DNA from: a virus
Virus record (IMG/VR): IMGVR_UViG_3300029566_000029
Reading direction: 5' to 3' (one strand)
Length of the DNA: 42,726 bases
Each line of letters begins with the position of its first letter. The stretch's first letter is position 1. Shown piece by piece: positions 1-9,544 of this stretch. The notes under the pieces are model-generated. The model did not search any database. It saw nothing but the letters and a program-made list of their open reading frames with translations, and had not been told where the DNA came from. The position numbers and the translations under genes are program-made.

Positions 1-99
1 GAGCCGTACCCAATGACCGAGACAGACACGGACGGGGAGCAGCAGTTCGGCCACTTTGACCGCAACGACTTTTTGAAGCGCGACGCTGCCGGGGAACTG
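1..99. repeat. Terminal direct repeat, left copy (circular-assembly overlap)
   Basis: Bases 1-99 (GAGCCGTACCCAATGACCGAG...GGGGAACTG) are identical to 42628-42726. The repeat lies inside one continuous ORF, so it is the overlap of a circular or permuted molecule rather than a biological repeat. Confidence 0.9.
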
Positions 100-414
100 T
101 ATTGGAACGATGAATTCATCTTTGAGGTAGACCCGGCCAGCAACCTTGCCAGCAACCGGGAACGGCTGTGGGATATGGCAAAGGTGGATTACCAGGCTGG
201 CGCGTTTGGCCCCATCAACGACTTGGAGAGCCAGCGCACCTATTGGACGTGGCTGCGCAATACCAATTATCCGTATTCGGCCACTGTGCTGGCGGATATC
301 CGACAGCGGCTTAGTGAACAGCAGCAGATGCAGGCAATAATGAACCAGGGAGTGGGGAACAATGACATGGCAGCAGATCAAGTTAGCGGCATTACAGAAG
401 ATGTTCGCCAGTGA
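1..414 (+). CDS. Portal protein, C-terminal part (continuation of 41143..42627)
   Basis: Base 1 is codon-phased with 41143 (42628-41143 = 1485 = 495 codons). The track ORF 13..414 is just the internal Met of ...DEPYPMTETDTDGEQQFGHF... Confidence 0.7.
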   Translation, partial: EPYPMTETDTDGEQQFGHFDRNDFLKRDAAGELYWNDEFIFEVDPASNLASNRERLWDMAKVDYQAGAFGPINDLESQRTYWTWLRNTNYPYSATVLADIRQRLSEQQQMQAIMNQGVGNNDMAADQVSGITEDVRQ

Positions 415-961
415 CGGCACAGACATCTCGAACCCAGACGAAGCGACAAAAGAATATTTAAACGCTATGCCGCAGGCAGCCAACGAAGCCATTGAAATGA
501 TTTGCACTGCCGGGCGGTACTTGCGCAAAAGCTACACGACCAGCAAGGACAAGGGCGAAGCCCTGACGGTAAACCTTGAATACGAAGTGCCGGACTACTG
601 GCGCATGGGGAACATGGAGGTTTACAAGCTGGTGGACGATACCCCGGAACCTGTGGACGGTGTGGCGCTGTACGGCGGTAAGTATCTGGTATTCCCGGCG
701 GAATATGAGGGGGACTTTGAGTTTTTTTACGATGCCAAGCCCACAACCATTACGCTGAGCACGCCGGATTCCAAGAAGATTGATTTGCCGGATGACGCGG
801 TGGTGCTGCTGCCGCTGTACATTGCCAGCCAGCTATACAAGGATGATGACATTGCCATTGCCACTTACTACCGCAACGAGTTTGAGACCGCCTTTGAACG
901 ACTGACGAACCCGAGAACCGTAAGCAAGGAAAGCTTTACAAGCAATACAGGGTGGTGGTAA
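362..961 (+). CDS. Hypothetical virion protein (head-tail adaptor/neck candidate by position)
   Basis: ATG follows a GGGAGTGGGG purine-rich stretch. The ORF overlaps the portal 3' end by 53 nt and is the first gene after the portal. I recognise no motif. Confidence 0.6.
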   Translation: MTWQQIKLAALQKMFASDGTDISNPDEATKEYLNAMPQAANEAIEMICTAGRYLRKSYTTSKDKGEALTVNLEYEVPDYWRMGNMEVYKLVDDTPEPVDGVALYGGKYLVFPAEYEGDFEFFYDAKPTTITLSTPDSKKIDLPDDAVVLLPLYIASQLYKDDDIAIATYYRNEFETAFERLTNPRTVSKESFTSNTGWW

Positions 962-963
962 GC

Positions 964-2826
964 ATGGCTACCTTTACGATACCCAGCCAGGTTGCCCGCA
1001 GCAAACTGGCGATTGATAAACTGCTTGGCATTGATTATACCAGCAACACCGCCAATGTAAGCGTGAGCCAAAGCCCCAACGCGCAGAACATGATACGGTC
1101 AGAACCCGGCAAGGTGCGCAAGCGGATGGGATATAAGCTGCGAGCGGCTTTTCCGGCCCGTGTGAACGGTTTCCACGAGCTAAAGGGTAAGAGCCTTATC
1201 CATGCTGGAACGGCGCTATACGAGCTGCCGGAGGGCGGCAAGGAAGTTGGCAATGCACTGTACAGCGACATGGCAGATGCCCGCAGCAAAAGTTGGCAGA
1301 TGGACGATAAGCTGTTTATTGCCGACGGAAAGTGTCTGCTGGTATATGACGGCGAAACTGTAAAAAAAGCCAGTGACGATGCAAAAATCCCAACGCTGAC
1401 GATTGCCAAACCACCGCAGGGCGGCGGCAAGGAATACGAAGCGCTGAACCTGTTGCAGCCGAAGTTTAAAGAACTTTTTGCCAGCGATGGAAAAGCTACC
1501 GAGTATCATCTTAGTTTTTCGGGGCTGGACAGCGCTGACGTAACTGTACGTAAGCTGAACAGCAGCGGAGAATGGGAAAATGTGACCAGCGGGTTTAGCT
1601 GCAACAAAACAACCGGGGTTGTTACGTTCAGCACAGCACCGGAGAAAAGCCCTGTTGAAGGTGAGGACAACATTGAGATTACGGCAACCAGAACGGTAGA
1701 GGGCTATGCCGACCGCATCAACAAATGCTGCATTGGCATTTTGTTTGGTGTGAATGGCGCAGCAGACCGCCTGTTTTTGAGTGGTAACCCGGATTATCCG
1801 AACCAGGACTGGTACAGCGGACAGTATGACTTGACCTATTGGCCGGACACCGCCTACAGCAAACTGGGCACGGCAAAAAGTGCCATTATGGGCTACTCTA
1901 TCATTGAGAACCGCATTGCAGCCCATAAGGACGAGAACGAGACCGACCGAAATGTTGTGATACGACAGGGTAATTTGGTGGACAGCGAACCGGCTTTCCC
2001 CATTACCAACACGATACAAGGCCCAGGCGCAATTGCAAAATACAGCTTTGCTTACTGCGCCAATGAGCCTGTTTTTTTGACCAATTTAGGAATTTACGCC
2101 ATTACCCCCAGCGACATTGTGGGCGAACGATTCAGCCAGAACAGGAGCTATTACATGAACGGCAAGCTGCTGGATGAAGCAAACAAAGCGGATGCTTACG
2201 CCTGTGTGTACAAGGACATGTATTGGCTGTGCCTGAACGGCGTTGCTTATATTTTGGACGGGCAGCAGAACTTGGGCACAAACAAAAACGAGCCGTACTC
2301 GACCCGGCAATATGCCTGTTTTTATGAGACGAATATCCCAGCGCGGGTCATGTGGGTAGATGGCACCAATTTGTTTTTTGGGGCAGACAATGGCAAAGTA
2401 TATGAGTTTTACACTGACCCGAACGAGATTACAAGCTACAATGATGACGGTGCTGCGATTTCTGCGGAATGGGAAACCCCAGATTTGGCCGGTGCATTAT
2501 TTTATAAAAATAAGAGTTTCCGCTATTTGGCCTTGCAGATGGCACCGAGCGTTGTTACTTCTGTTGCGGTATACGCAATGAAGCGCGGCATATGGTCAAA
2601 CATCTGGAACGACAATACCCACGCACGATTTTTTAGTTATCATCAGCTGCGTTATTCGCGCTTTACTTATTCCAACGACCAGACGGCGCGAACGCTGCAC
2701 AACAAAATCAGGATTAAACGGGTAGACAAGGCAAGGTTCCGGTTTGTAAACGATACGTTAAATGAGCCGTTTGGATTGATGCAGATTGCCGTCGAATTTG
2801 TAGAAAACGGAAACTTTAAGGGGTGA
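964..2826 (+). CDS. Large tail/nozzle structural protein candidate (620 aa, hypothetical)
   Basis: ATG 964 lies just after the stop of the previous gene (959-961); the track uses an upstream GTG at 952. Repeated beta-strand-like motifs are present ([27 protein letters not shown]). It sits between the neck gene and the fibre genes. Confidence 0.6.
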   Translation: MATFTIPSQVARSKLAIDKLLGIDYTSNTANVSVSQSPNAQNMIRSEPGKVRKRMGYKLRAAFPARVNGFHELKGKSLIHAGTALYELPEGGKEVGNALYSDMADARSKSWQMDDKLFIADGKCLLVYDGETVKKASDDAKIPTLTIAKPPQGGGKEYEALNLLQPKFKELFASDGKATEYHLSFSGLDSADVTVRKLNSSGEWENVTSGFSCNKTTGVVTFSTAPEKSPVEGEDNIEITATRTVEGYADRINKCCIGILFGVNGAADRLFLSGNPDYPNQDWYSGQYDLTYWPDTAYSKLGTAKSAIMGYSIIENRIAAHKDENETDRNVVIRQGNLVDSEPAFPITNTIQGPGAIAKYSFAYCANEPVFLTNLGIYAITPSDIVGERFSQNRSYYMNGKLLDEANKADAYACVYKDMYWLCLNGVAYILDGQQNLGTNKNEPYSTRQYACFYETNIPARVMWVDGTNLFFGADNGKVYEFYTDPNEITSYNDDGAAISAEWETPDLAGALFYKNKSFRYLALQMAPSVVTSVAVYAMKRGIWSNIWNDNTHARFFSYHQLRYSRFTYSNDQTARTLHNKIRIKRVDKARFRFVNDTLNEPFGLMQIAVEFVENGNFKG

Positions 2827-2830
2827 GATT

Positions 2831-4315
2831 GTGGCCTTTAAAAAAATTAGCGATTCCGATTTGCAGAATAAGGGAAACATTGGCATGCCGGATACGCCCG
2901 GTTTAAGCACAGCTGACATGCAGAAAAAAATGGATGAAATCCCGCGTGAAGTCATTATCCCTGTTTTAAATGGCCTGATTGACGGGCTAAACGGGATGGA
3001 TTTGGATAAAAGAACCCATAACGGCGGCGGCTGCCTTTATATCCGTGTAAACAGTGACCGCGTTATTGAAACCAGCAATGACGGCACTTCCTGGCAGGCG
3101 ACAGGTAGCAGCGGGCACTTAATCATTGACGAGACCGGCAATGAAATGCCGCAGCGAAACCGCATGCAGTTTTTGGGGGCCACCGTTACCGATACGGGGC
3201 TTTACACGGTTATTCAGGCGCGAAAAGGCGACCCGGGGCAGCAAGGCCCCCAGGGGCCGGTAGGACCGCAAGGCCCGCAGGGCGTGCAGGGGCCTATTGG
3301 CCCGGCAGGCCCACAGGGCGCACAAGGCTTACGCGGTGCAACGGGCGACCCCGGCCCAGCAGGCCCGGCAGGCGCAACAGGTCCTACCGGACCGAAAGGG
3401 GAAAAAGGCGAAAAGGGAAGCGACGGTTCCAGCTTTGTTGTGAAAGGCTTGTATGCCACGCTTTCCGCACTGAAAGCTGCACACCCAACCGGCGTGGCTG
3501 GAGACGCTTACGCGGTTGGAACGGCTGACAACAACGTTGTGTATTTGTGGGACGTTGACCAGAGAGCATGGGTATCTGTTGGAACGCTGCAAGGCCCGCA
3601 AGGTCCTACTGGCCCGCAGGGACCGCAGGGGCCTACCGGCTCTGTTGGGCCGCAGGGACCTACCGGCCCGCAGGGTGAAACCGGCCCGCAGGGTAAACAG
3701 GGCGTACAGGGTGAGCCTGGCGAAAAAGGTGAGCAGGGAATCCAGGGTTTGCGCGGTGAGCAAGGCCCTACCGGACCGCAGGGGCCGCAGGGCGAAAAGG
3801 GAGACCCCGGACTTGTACAGAGCGTAAACGGCAAGAGCGGCGAAGCAATTGTGCTGACCGCAGAAGATGTTGGTGCGTTGGATGAGAGCACAGCAAAAGA
3901 ACTTATCACCAGCCAAACGTCCGGGAAAATGGCGGTAAGCACCTATGACCCGCAGGGGCGGCAGACCGATATTTTCAAGGCAATCGACAAGGTCTCCAAC
4001 ATCTACTACGCCAGGCTTACGCTGAACGGGTGGACGGCCTGCAGCAGCGCAGACCAGGCCAAAGACCTGCTGTGCCAGCAGACGGCCACGCTGACCTGCG
4101 CGAACAGCCATGCGCCGGTGGTGACGGCTGCCAGCGAGTTTTTGTCCGGCATCGGCTACGACAAGACCGGGGTGCCCGCTACCGATGATGTTCTGAATGA
4201 AGTGCAGGACATCATCAACGACGGCGTGACGGTCACGGCGTACAATTCGGTGCTGGTTAAGGTGAAAAAAAAGCCCACCGCCGAAATCCGGGCGCGGTGG
4301 GTCATTCAAAGCTGA
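2831..4315 (+). CDS. Collagen-like repeat tail fibre protein
   Basis: GTG start after AAGGGGTGAG. There are two uninterrupted G-X-Y blocks: 22 triplets at 3227-3424 and 24 triplets at 3593-3808. A globular C-terminal domain follows. Confidence 0.8.
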   Translation: MAFKKISDSDLQNKGNIGMPDTPGLSTADMQKKMDEIPREVIIPVLNGLIDGLNGMDLDKRTHNGGGCLYIRVNSDRVIETSNDGTSWQATGSSGHLIIDETGNEMPQRNRMQFLGATVTDTGLYTVIQARKGDPGQQGPQGPVGPQGPQGVQGPIGPAGPQGAQGLRGATGDPGPAGPAGATGPTGPKGEKGEKGSDGSSFVVKGLYATLSALKAAHPTGVAGDAYAVGTADNNVVYLWDVDQRAWVSVGTLQGPQGPTGPQGPQGPTGSVGPQGPTGPQGETGPQGKQGVQGEPGEKGEQGIQGLRGEQGPTGPQGPQGEKGDPGLVQSVNGKSGEAIVLTAEDVGALDESTAKELITSQTSGKMAVSTYDPQGRQTDIFKAIDKVSNIYYARLTLNGWTACSSADQAKDLLCQQTATLTCANSHAPVVTAASEFLSGIGYDKTGVPATDDVLNEVQDIINDGVTVTAYNSVLVKVKKKPTAEIRARWVIQS

Positions 4316-4353
4316 TGGAGGTTTAGCATGAAACATTGTAAGAAATCTGCGGC

Positions 4354-4752
4354 ATGTGCTGCGCGGGGGTACTGCTGATGGGTGTAGCACCGAGGATTCC
4401 GGGAGAGAACGCAAAAGGGAAAACGCTTGCACAAATCTATGAATACGGGATGGGGTCGGCAAGCATTAAGGCACTTTACTGTAACGAGAAATTGGCAAGC
4501 GCTTCAGATGGCGCTTTTGAAATCCATATTAAAAAAGCGGGTACATATCGGCTTATTGGCTGGGTGCAGGCACGGGATTCCGCCTATAAGGCTTATTTGA
4601 AATGCAACGATGCTACAATTTTCGGTCCTTTTATTAACAGCGGTTTTGACCTTGAAAAAAAATTAAGTGCAGGAGATGTCATCAGTATCCCCAGTCAGTA
4701 CATGGATTATTATTCTACAGCATCTGCAACATTGATTATACTTACAACTTAA
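4354..4752 (+). CDS. Small beta-rich tail-fibre-module protein (hypothetical)
   Basis: The ORF has an in-frame alternative start at ATG 4378, which overlaps the stop of a 16-codon upstream ORF (4328-4378, TGATG). It shares the N-terminal motif MG-x-x-PR-x-PG with the next gene. The segment is AT-rich. Confidence 0.6.
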   Translation: MCCAGVLLMGVAPRIPGENAKGKTLAQIYEYGMGSASIKALYCNEKLASASDGAFEIHIKKAGTYRLIGWVQARDSAYKAYLKCNDATIFGPFINSGFDLEKKLSAGDVISIPSQYMDYYSTASATLIILTT

Positions 4753-5102
4753 TGGAAGCGAGTGATTTTATGGGAATGTCGCCGAGAACACCTGGCGGTA
4801 AAAAATTGAAGTTGCTTACGACCGTTACATTTACACCTATTAACGGCAGCAGTACCGCCACGAGCTCGTTTCAGACGTATGACCTTTCAGAATTTAATGT
4901 GGCAGGAAAAAAGGCGGAGGACTTTTTCGTTCGTATTTCCGGTTTTACTTCCAGCCCTGCCGAAAAGCAAAGCCGTAGTTTCACGAATTTGGAAATTACC
5001 GGTTTTTCCAACTCGGTTTTAACCCTGAAGGGGACATATACACAGTATGACTACCACGCCAACAATCTGTCCTTAACTGTAGAAATTTACGTCTACAAAT
5101 AA
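4752..5102 (+). CDS. Small beta-rich tail-fibre-module protein (hypothetical, N-terminus paralogous to 4354..4752)
   Basis: TAATG overlap with the previous gene. Internal MGMSPRTPGG matches MGVAPRIPGE of the previous protein. Confidence 0.6.
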   Translation: MEASDFMGMSPRTPGGKKLKLLTTVTFTPINGSSTATSSFQTYDLSEFNVAGKKAEDFFVRISGFTSSPAEKQSRSFTNLEITGFSNSVLTLKGTYTQYDYHANNLSLTVEIYVYK

Positions 5103-5113
5103 CGAGGTACAAA

Positions 5114-5431
5114 ATGAAAATCTACGATGAAATCACCAACGAGGAACTGACCTCTCCCGACCTGTCAGCCGGTTATCTCTACACCGCCAGGCGGGTTGCC
5201 GAGCATGTGCCGGAGAGCCAGGAAGTGATGCAGGGCACTGTCACCGAGGATAACCCGCAGGGGCTTATGTGCATCATTCCTGCCCATGACGTGTACGAGG
5301 ACTGCCAGTTCTACCACGCTTACACGGCAGAGGAACTGGCCGAGCGGGAAAAACCCACGCTGCAGGAACAGGTGGACGCCAACGCGGCGGCCATTTTGGA
5401 GCTGGCCCAGATGCTGGCCGGAGGTGAATGA
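5114..5431 (+). CDS. Hypothetical protein in the tail-fibre module
   Basis: GAGGT RBS lies 7 nt upstream of the ATG. It is compactly spaced with its neighbours. Confidence 0.6.
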   Translation: MKIYDEITNEELTSPDLSAGYLYTARRVAEHVPESQEVMQGTVTEDNPQGLMCIIPAHDVYEDCQFYHAYTAEELAEREKPTLQEQVDANAAAILELAQMLAGGE

Positions 5432-5433
5432 TA

Positions 5434-5537
5434 TGGTACAGTTTTATATCTGCTGCATCAAGCGCGGGCTGATTACGCTGGACAAAGTGCCGGAGAAATG
5501 GCGTGAGGCCGTAATGGCAGAGATGGAGGGAGCATGA
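5434..5537 (+). CDS. XkdX-like small protein (34 aa)
   Basis: ATG 5434 follows GGAGGTG (5420-5426). The product is MVQFYICCIKRGLITLDKVPEKWREAVMAEMEGA, which has the size, the G-x-IT-x-x-x-VP-x-x-W pattern and the position (between fibre genes) typical of XkdX-type proteins. The longer track ORF 5286..5537 is an out-of-frame overlap of the previous gene. Confidence 0.5.
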
Positions 5538-7744
5538 CGCATGAAGTAGTGCTGCAGGGGTACAACGTAAAGCCTGGCTCTCTGCAGCTTGGAACTTTTG
5601 ACAGCTACGGCATTGAGGAAATCCACGTGACGGCAGATGATGAATGGGCGGGGCTGGGCATTCTGGGCGTATTCCACGCGCCGGACGGGACTGCGAAAAA
5701 GGTTGTTGTTGGGGCAGACGGTATGCTTGCCGTACCGCCGGAAGCTACGGCGAAGCAGGCAGGCGTCGGCAGAATTGTTTTTGTTGGGCTTGCGGAAAAC
5801 GTGCAGCGCATTACTGTGGATATTGGATACAATATCAAGCCGCACTCTGACATCGAGGGAGACAACCCCGGCACGCCGACGCCGGACGTGGTGCAGCAGA
5901 TTCTTGCCAACTCGAACAATGCCGTCAGCATTGCCACGGCGGCGCAGAACGCCGCTGAGAACGCCCGCCAAGCCGCTGAGGACGCGGCCAAAAAGGCGGG
6001 CGAGGGAGCGGGCGGTGCGGCTGCCAGTGCAGCGGCCGCCAAGAAGAGCGCTGAGGATGCGGCAGCATCCAGTGAGAGCGCGGCGGGCAAAGCAGAGGAG
6101 TCCGCATCCTCCGCCCACGCGGCCAACGAGAGCGCCAAAGCAGCTCAGAACGCACAGGGCAGCGCCGAAAATGCTGCTCAGACAGCCGCTGATGCAGCGG
6201 GTGTCGCTAGACAAGCTGCTGGCGAGGCCGGCAGTGCCGCTAAGGCTGCCAGCACCAGTGCTGGCGAGGCCGCACAGAGTGCAAAGGCGGCTGAAACTGC
6301 CAAGCAGAGAGCAGAGGACGCAGCAAAAAAGGCGCTTGAAGCAAAAACGGGCTCGGAAAACGCCCTGCAAGATGCTGACGCAGCAAAAGATGCCGCAAGT
6401 GGCTATGCCGATGCTGCGGCAGAAAAAGCTACAGCAGCAGCGACCAGTGAGAAAAATGCAGCGAAATCCGCGAACAGCGCTGCTGATAGCGCGGCGGCGG
6501 CTAAAAAGTCGGCGGATGATGCCGACAACACTGCCAACAGCATCAAGGATTCTATGACGCAGATTGCCGCGAACAAGGAGGCAGTTAGTCAGCTAAAGGA
6601 AGATATAGAGAATACAAATTCTATTCTTGAAGAAAATTTAGTTCGGATTAGCGCAAACCTTATAAACCCATACAACATGCTTGAAAACACAGCTATTACA
6701 ATTTCAAATAGAATTTCGACCTCATCAAATACAACGTACAAGTCCTATCTAAACATACCTGTTAAAGCCGGAGAATCGTATTATATTGGAAATTCGCATA
6801 GGGTGGCTTGTGTTATTGACAACGCAGAAAATAAGTTGGTCTTGCAGTCTAATACACAAAATAAAACAGACCCGTTTATTTTCAACGTAGAAAAAAGTGG
6901 CTTGCTATGCGTATGCTTTTACATGACAGAAGAAAAGCCGTGGGTTGCACTTGCTGAAAAAGAAACGGAATACGAAGAGTACGGAAGTAAGTTGTTGCAG
7001 GAATGGCTTAAACTACAAATTGAGAAGTATGGCTATTCAAATCCGCTAAAAGGGAAAACAATATATAATTTCGGTGATAGCATATCAAATGGGCACGGCA
7101 ATTTGGTAGGCGATAAACGCCTTGGCCCCGCAGAGCTTGTTGCTCTTGACAACGATATGGTCTGCACTGATTTTGCTGTCAGTGGTTCCACAATGTCTAC
7201 TGCTGGAGGCGGGAATTATACCTTAAAAATGATTAATGATGCTATATCGGCGAGCCCTATTACGCCCGACTTTGTGCTTCTTGCCGGAGGAATCAATGAC
7301 CTGAAAGTTACATCGGTTGGCGATTTTTCAGAGCCGTCAAGCAACGATGACTTCGGAGAAAAATACATCGGTTTGCTCGATACATCGAATTTTTCCGGTG
7401 CATTTGAAACTGCAATTTATAGAATTTTGAACGCTTGGCCCGGAACACAGTTGATATATATGACGGAGCACAAAATGCCAAGCCATTACAATGATGGAAC
7501 GGAAACTCTATATCAAACTGCGAAAAAAATTTGCAAAAAATGGTGCGTTCCCATATTGGATATGTGGAATAGTGGCGGGTTAAATATGTCCGTGCTCGCA
7601 AATAACAAAGCGTATGGAACGGGTGATGTAAACTTAGATGGTGCACACACAGATACAACACACCCTAACGGAGAAGCATACAGACTATACTATGTTCCAA
7701 AGTTAAAGTCAAAACTTTTAGAGTGTTGCCCTAAAACCAGTTAA
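5534..7744 (+). CDS. Tail fibre/spike with Ala-rich coiled-coil stalk and C-terminal SGNH/GDSL esterase domain
   Basis: ATGA overlap with the previous gene, and a GGAGGG RBS. An Ala/Ser/Glu/Lys repeat stalk spans about 5930-6560. SGNH blocks are FGDSISNG (GDS at 7073-7081), GGINDL and DGAHTDTTHPN (D-x-x-H). Confidence 0.85.
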   Translation: MTHEVVLQGYNVKPGSLQLGTFDSYGIEEIHVTADDEWAGLGILGVFHAPDGTAKKVVVGADGMLAVPPEATAKQAGVGRIVFVGLAENVQRITVDIGYNIKPHSDIEGDNPGTPTPDVVQQILANSNNAVSIATAAQNAAENARQAAEDAAKKAGEGAGGAAASAAAAKKSAEDAAASSESAAGKAEESASSAHAANESAKAAQNAQGSAENAAQTAADAAGVARQAAGEAGSAAKAASTSAGEAAQSAKAAETAKQRAEDAAKKALEAKTGSENALQDADAAKDAASGYADAAAEKATAAATSEKNAAKSANSAADSAAAAKKSADDADNTANSIKDSMTQIAANKEAVSQLKEDIENTNSILEENLVRISANLINPYNMLENTAITISNRISTSSNTTYKSYLNIPVKAGESYYIGNSHRVACVIDNAENKLVLQSNTQNKTDPFIFNVEKSGLLCVCFYMTEEKPWVALAEKETEYEEYGSKLLQEWLKLQIEKYGYSNPLKGKTIYNFGDSISNGHGNLVGDKRLGPAELVALDNDMVCTDFAVSGSTMSTAGGGNYTLKMINDAISASPITPDFVLLAGGINDLKVTSVGDFSEPSSNDDFGEKYIGLLDTSNFSGAFETAIYRILNAWPGTQLIYMTEHKMPSHYNDGTETLYQTAKKICKKWCVPILDMWNSGGLNMSVLANNKAYGTGDVNLDGAHTDTTHPNGEAYRLYYVPKLKSKLLECCPKTS

Positions 7745-7790
7745 CTAAAGAGGGCTTTAGCTGACTAACAAACAGAAAGGACAACAAATC

Positions 7791-9053
7791 ATGAGACTTT
7801 CAAACGGTGAAGTCCTGCTGCACTGGCCGCTTGACCTGCACGTTTTAACGCAGGGCTGGTACTACAACGACGGCAGTTCGCATCAGGCCACTGACTGGCG
7901 CACGCAGAACGGCACGGACTACAAGCGCCCGGTCTACGCGGCAGAGGACGGCACGGTTGACCAGGTGCAGGACTGGGACGGCCACACAAAAACCGGGATG
8001 CAGAGCTATGGCAACATGGTGCGCATCAAGCATGACCCCTACAAGGGAAAGACTTTACAGACGCGGTACGCGCACCTGAGCAGCTATTGCGTCAAGGTTG
8101 GGCAGAAGGTCAAAGAGGGCGAACTTATCGGCTATTCTGGCGTGACCGGGAATGTGTTTGGTGCGCATCTGCACTTTGAAGTTATCCTGAACGGCAAGCG
8201 CACCAACCCGCTGGTGTGGCTTGACAGCGACTTCACTACGGCAAGTGGGCAGGTGTTTACATACCGCGCCGGAGAACATGCTGTGGAAAAGCCTGCGGAT
8301 GCTGCACAGCCCAACAGTGAGGAAGTGCTGATTGATGTATCCCACCACCAGGGCGCTATCGACTGGGCGAGTGTTCCCTACCGCGCCATTGTTCGCATTG
8401 GCTATCGCGGCTACGGCAGCGGAAAGCTTATGAAAGACGATCAGTACGATGCTAACCTTGCAGGGGCAAAAGCAAGCGGAAAGCTGTTCGGCTTTTACTT
8501 TTTCTCGCAGGCCATCACGGTGGACGAAGCCCGCGAGGAAGCAGACTTCTGCGCAAGCATTGCTCCGGCTGGCTACCCGCTGTTTTTCGACAGCGAATGG
8601 GGGCATACGACCGATGCTGGCATACATGATGGTCGCGCCGACAACTTGACGAAAGACCAGCGAACGGCAATCGCAATGGTGTTTTGTGAGAGAGCCAAGA
8701 CGCACGGATTTACGGCAGGCGTCTACACCTTCACATCGTTTGCGAGCACGAATATCGACTACGCTTATATGTGCGAGGATTATATCGGCTGGCTGGCCGA
8801 TACGCGCACGAACTACGATAAGACGCTGCCGCGATACATCCACCAATACGGGCAGGGCAGCGTCGCAGGTATCACCGGCGTGGTTGACCTTAACCATTTA
8901 GTTAAGACCCTGCCTGCAGTGGACAAGCCTGCAAGCAAGTTACAAGTGATTACCATTGGGCCAGTATCGCAGGGAGATGCAGACGCAATCTACTTGCTGT
9001 GCAGGGAACGCGGCCTGACGGATGCCGGGCTGTACAAATCTGAATGGGCCTGA
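7791..9053 (+). CDS. Endolysin: M23 metallopeptidase + GH25 muramidase + short C-terminal domain
   Basis: M23 motifs are HQATDW (H-x-x-x-D) and GAHLHFEV. The GH25 signature is IDVSHHQGAIDW...GFYFFS...FFDSEW. Holin-like genes follow immediately. Confidence 0.85.
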   Translation: MRLSNGEVLLHWPLDLHVLTQGWYYNDGSSHQATDWRTQNGTDYKRPVYAAEDGTVDQVQDWDGHTKTGMQSYGNMVRIKHDPYKGKTLQTRYAHLSSYCVKVGQKVKEGELIGYSGVTGNVFGAHLHFEVILNGKRTNPLVWLDSDFTTASGQVFTYRAGEHAVEKPADAAQPNSEEVLIDVSHHQGAIDWASVPYRAIVRIGYRGYGSGKLMKDDQYDANLAGAKASGKLFGFYFFSQAITVDEAREEADFCASIAPAGYPLFFDSEWGHTTDAGIHDGRADNLTKDQRTAIAMVFCERAKTHGFTAGVYTFTSFASTNIDYAYMCEDYIGWLADTRTNYDKTLPRYIHQYGQGSVAGITGVVDLNHLVKTLPAVDKPASKLQVITIGPVSQGDADAIYLLCRERGLTDAGLYKSEWA

Positions 9054-9074
9054 CGCCCAGAACGGAAGTGAAGA

Positions 9075-9326
9075 ATGACAGATTGGGATATCGTCAAGGA
9101 CATTGTTGTGCTTATCGGACTGATTGTTACTGTCACAACACCGCTTTTAAAACTGAATACCAGTATTACGCAATTGAAGGCGCTACTGGACAGTGTGGTA
9201 AAGCAGGTGCAGGATAACGACAGGAGCAACAGTGCGAGCCATAAACGGTTGTGGGAGCACAACGAAGAGCAAGATGAAACGCTGCAACGGCATGAGCAGC
9301 GTTTGCACGATTTGGACGGAAAGTGA
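9075..9326 (+). CDS. Membrane-anchored coiled-coil protein, BhlA-type holin-like
   Basis: An N-terminal TM segment (IVKDIVVLIGLIVTVTTPLL) is followed by a charged coiled coil. It lies adjacent to the lysin. Confidence 0.45.
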   Translation: MTDWDIVKDIVVLIGLIVTVTTPLLKLNTSITQLKALLDSVVKQVQDNDRSNSASHKRLWEHNEEQDETLQRHEQRLHDLDGK

Positions 9327-9337
9327 GGTACAGCTCT

Positions 9338-9532
9338 ATGGGTGATTTTATCAAGAACCTTGCAGCGCTTATCAAGGTGAAAACCATTGTAACGCTGGTG
9401 GTGGTTGCGGTTTTTGCAGTGCTGGCATTGCAAAGCAAATTACAGCCTGACACGGTCATGACCATTGTGACAATGGTCGTGGCCTTTTATTTTGGCACAC
9501 AGACCGAAAGCAAGAACAATAAGGATAAGTAA
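9338..9532 (+). CDS. Holin candidate (64 aa, two TM segments)
   Basis: ATG 9338 lies 8 nt after GTGAGGT. Two hydrophobic helices and a charged C-terminal tail (ESKNNKDK) are present. It is part of the lysis cassette. Confidence 0.6.
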   Translation: MGDFIKNLAALIKVKTIVTLVVVAVFAVLALQSKLQPDTVMTIVTMVVAFYFGTQTESKNNKDK

Positions 9533-9544
9533 GGAGGCGCTTTT

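Noticed and set aside
1-99. Reading the terminal repeat as an LTR, an IS end or a biological direct terminal repeat.
   Set aside because: The repeat is direct and exact, and it falls in the middle of a continuous portal reading frame. An assembly overlap of a circular or permuted genome is the simpler explanation.
3329-4462. 377-aa minus-strand ORF and other alternate-frame ORFs over the collagen-like gene (3214..3459, 3508..3942, 3516..3827).
   Set aside because: GC-rich G-X-Y repeats keep several frames open. Only the plus-strand frame gives perfect Gly-X-Y periodicity and a credible start.
5444-6557. Overlapping ORFs on both strands in the Ala-rich stalk of the fibre gene (5444..6370, 5605..6138, 5637..6557, 5925..6155).
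   Set aside because: They are low-complexity GC-rich shadow frames of the 736-aa fibre ORF.
2831-7744. A diversity-generating retroelement acting on the fibre genes.
   Set aside because: No reverse transcriptase ORF is present anywhere in the genome. I also saw no template/variable repeat pair with adenine-specific differences.
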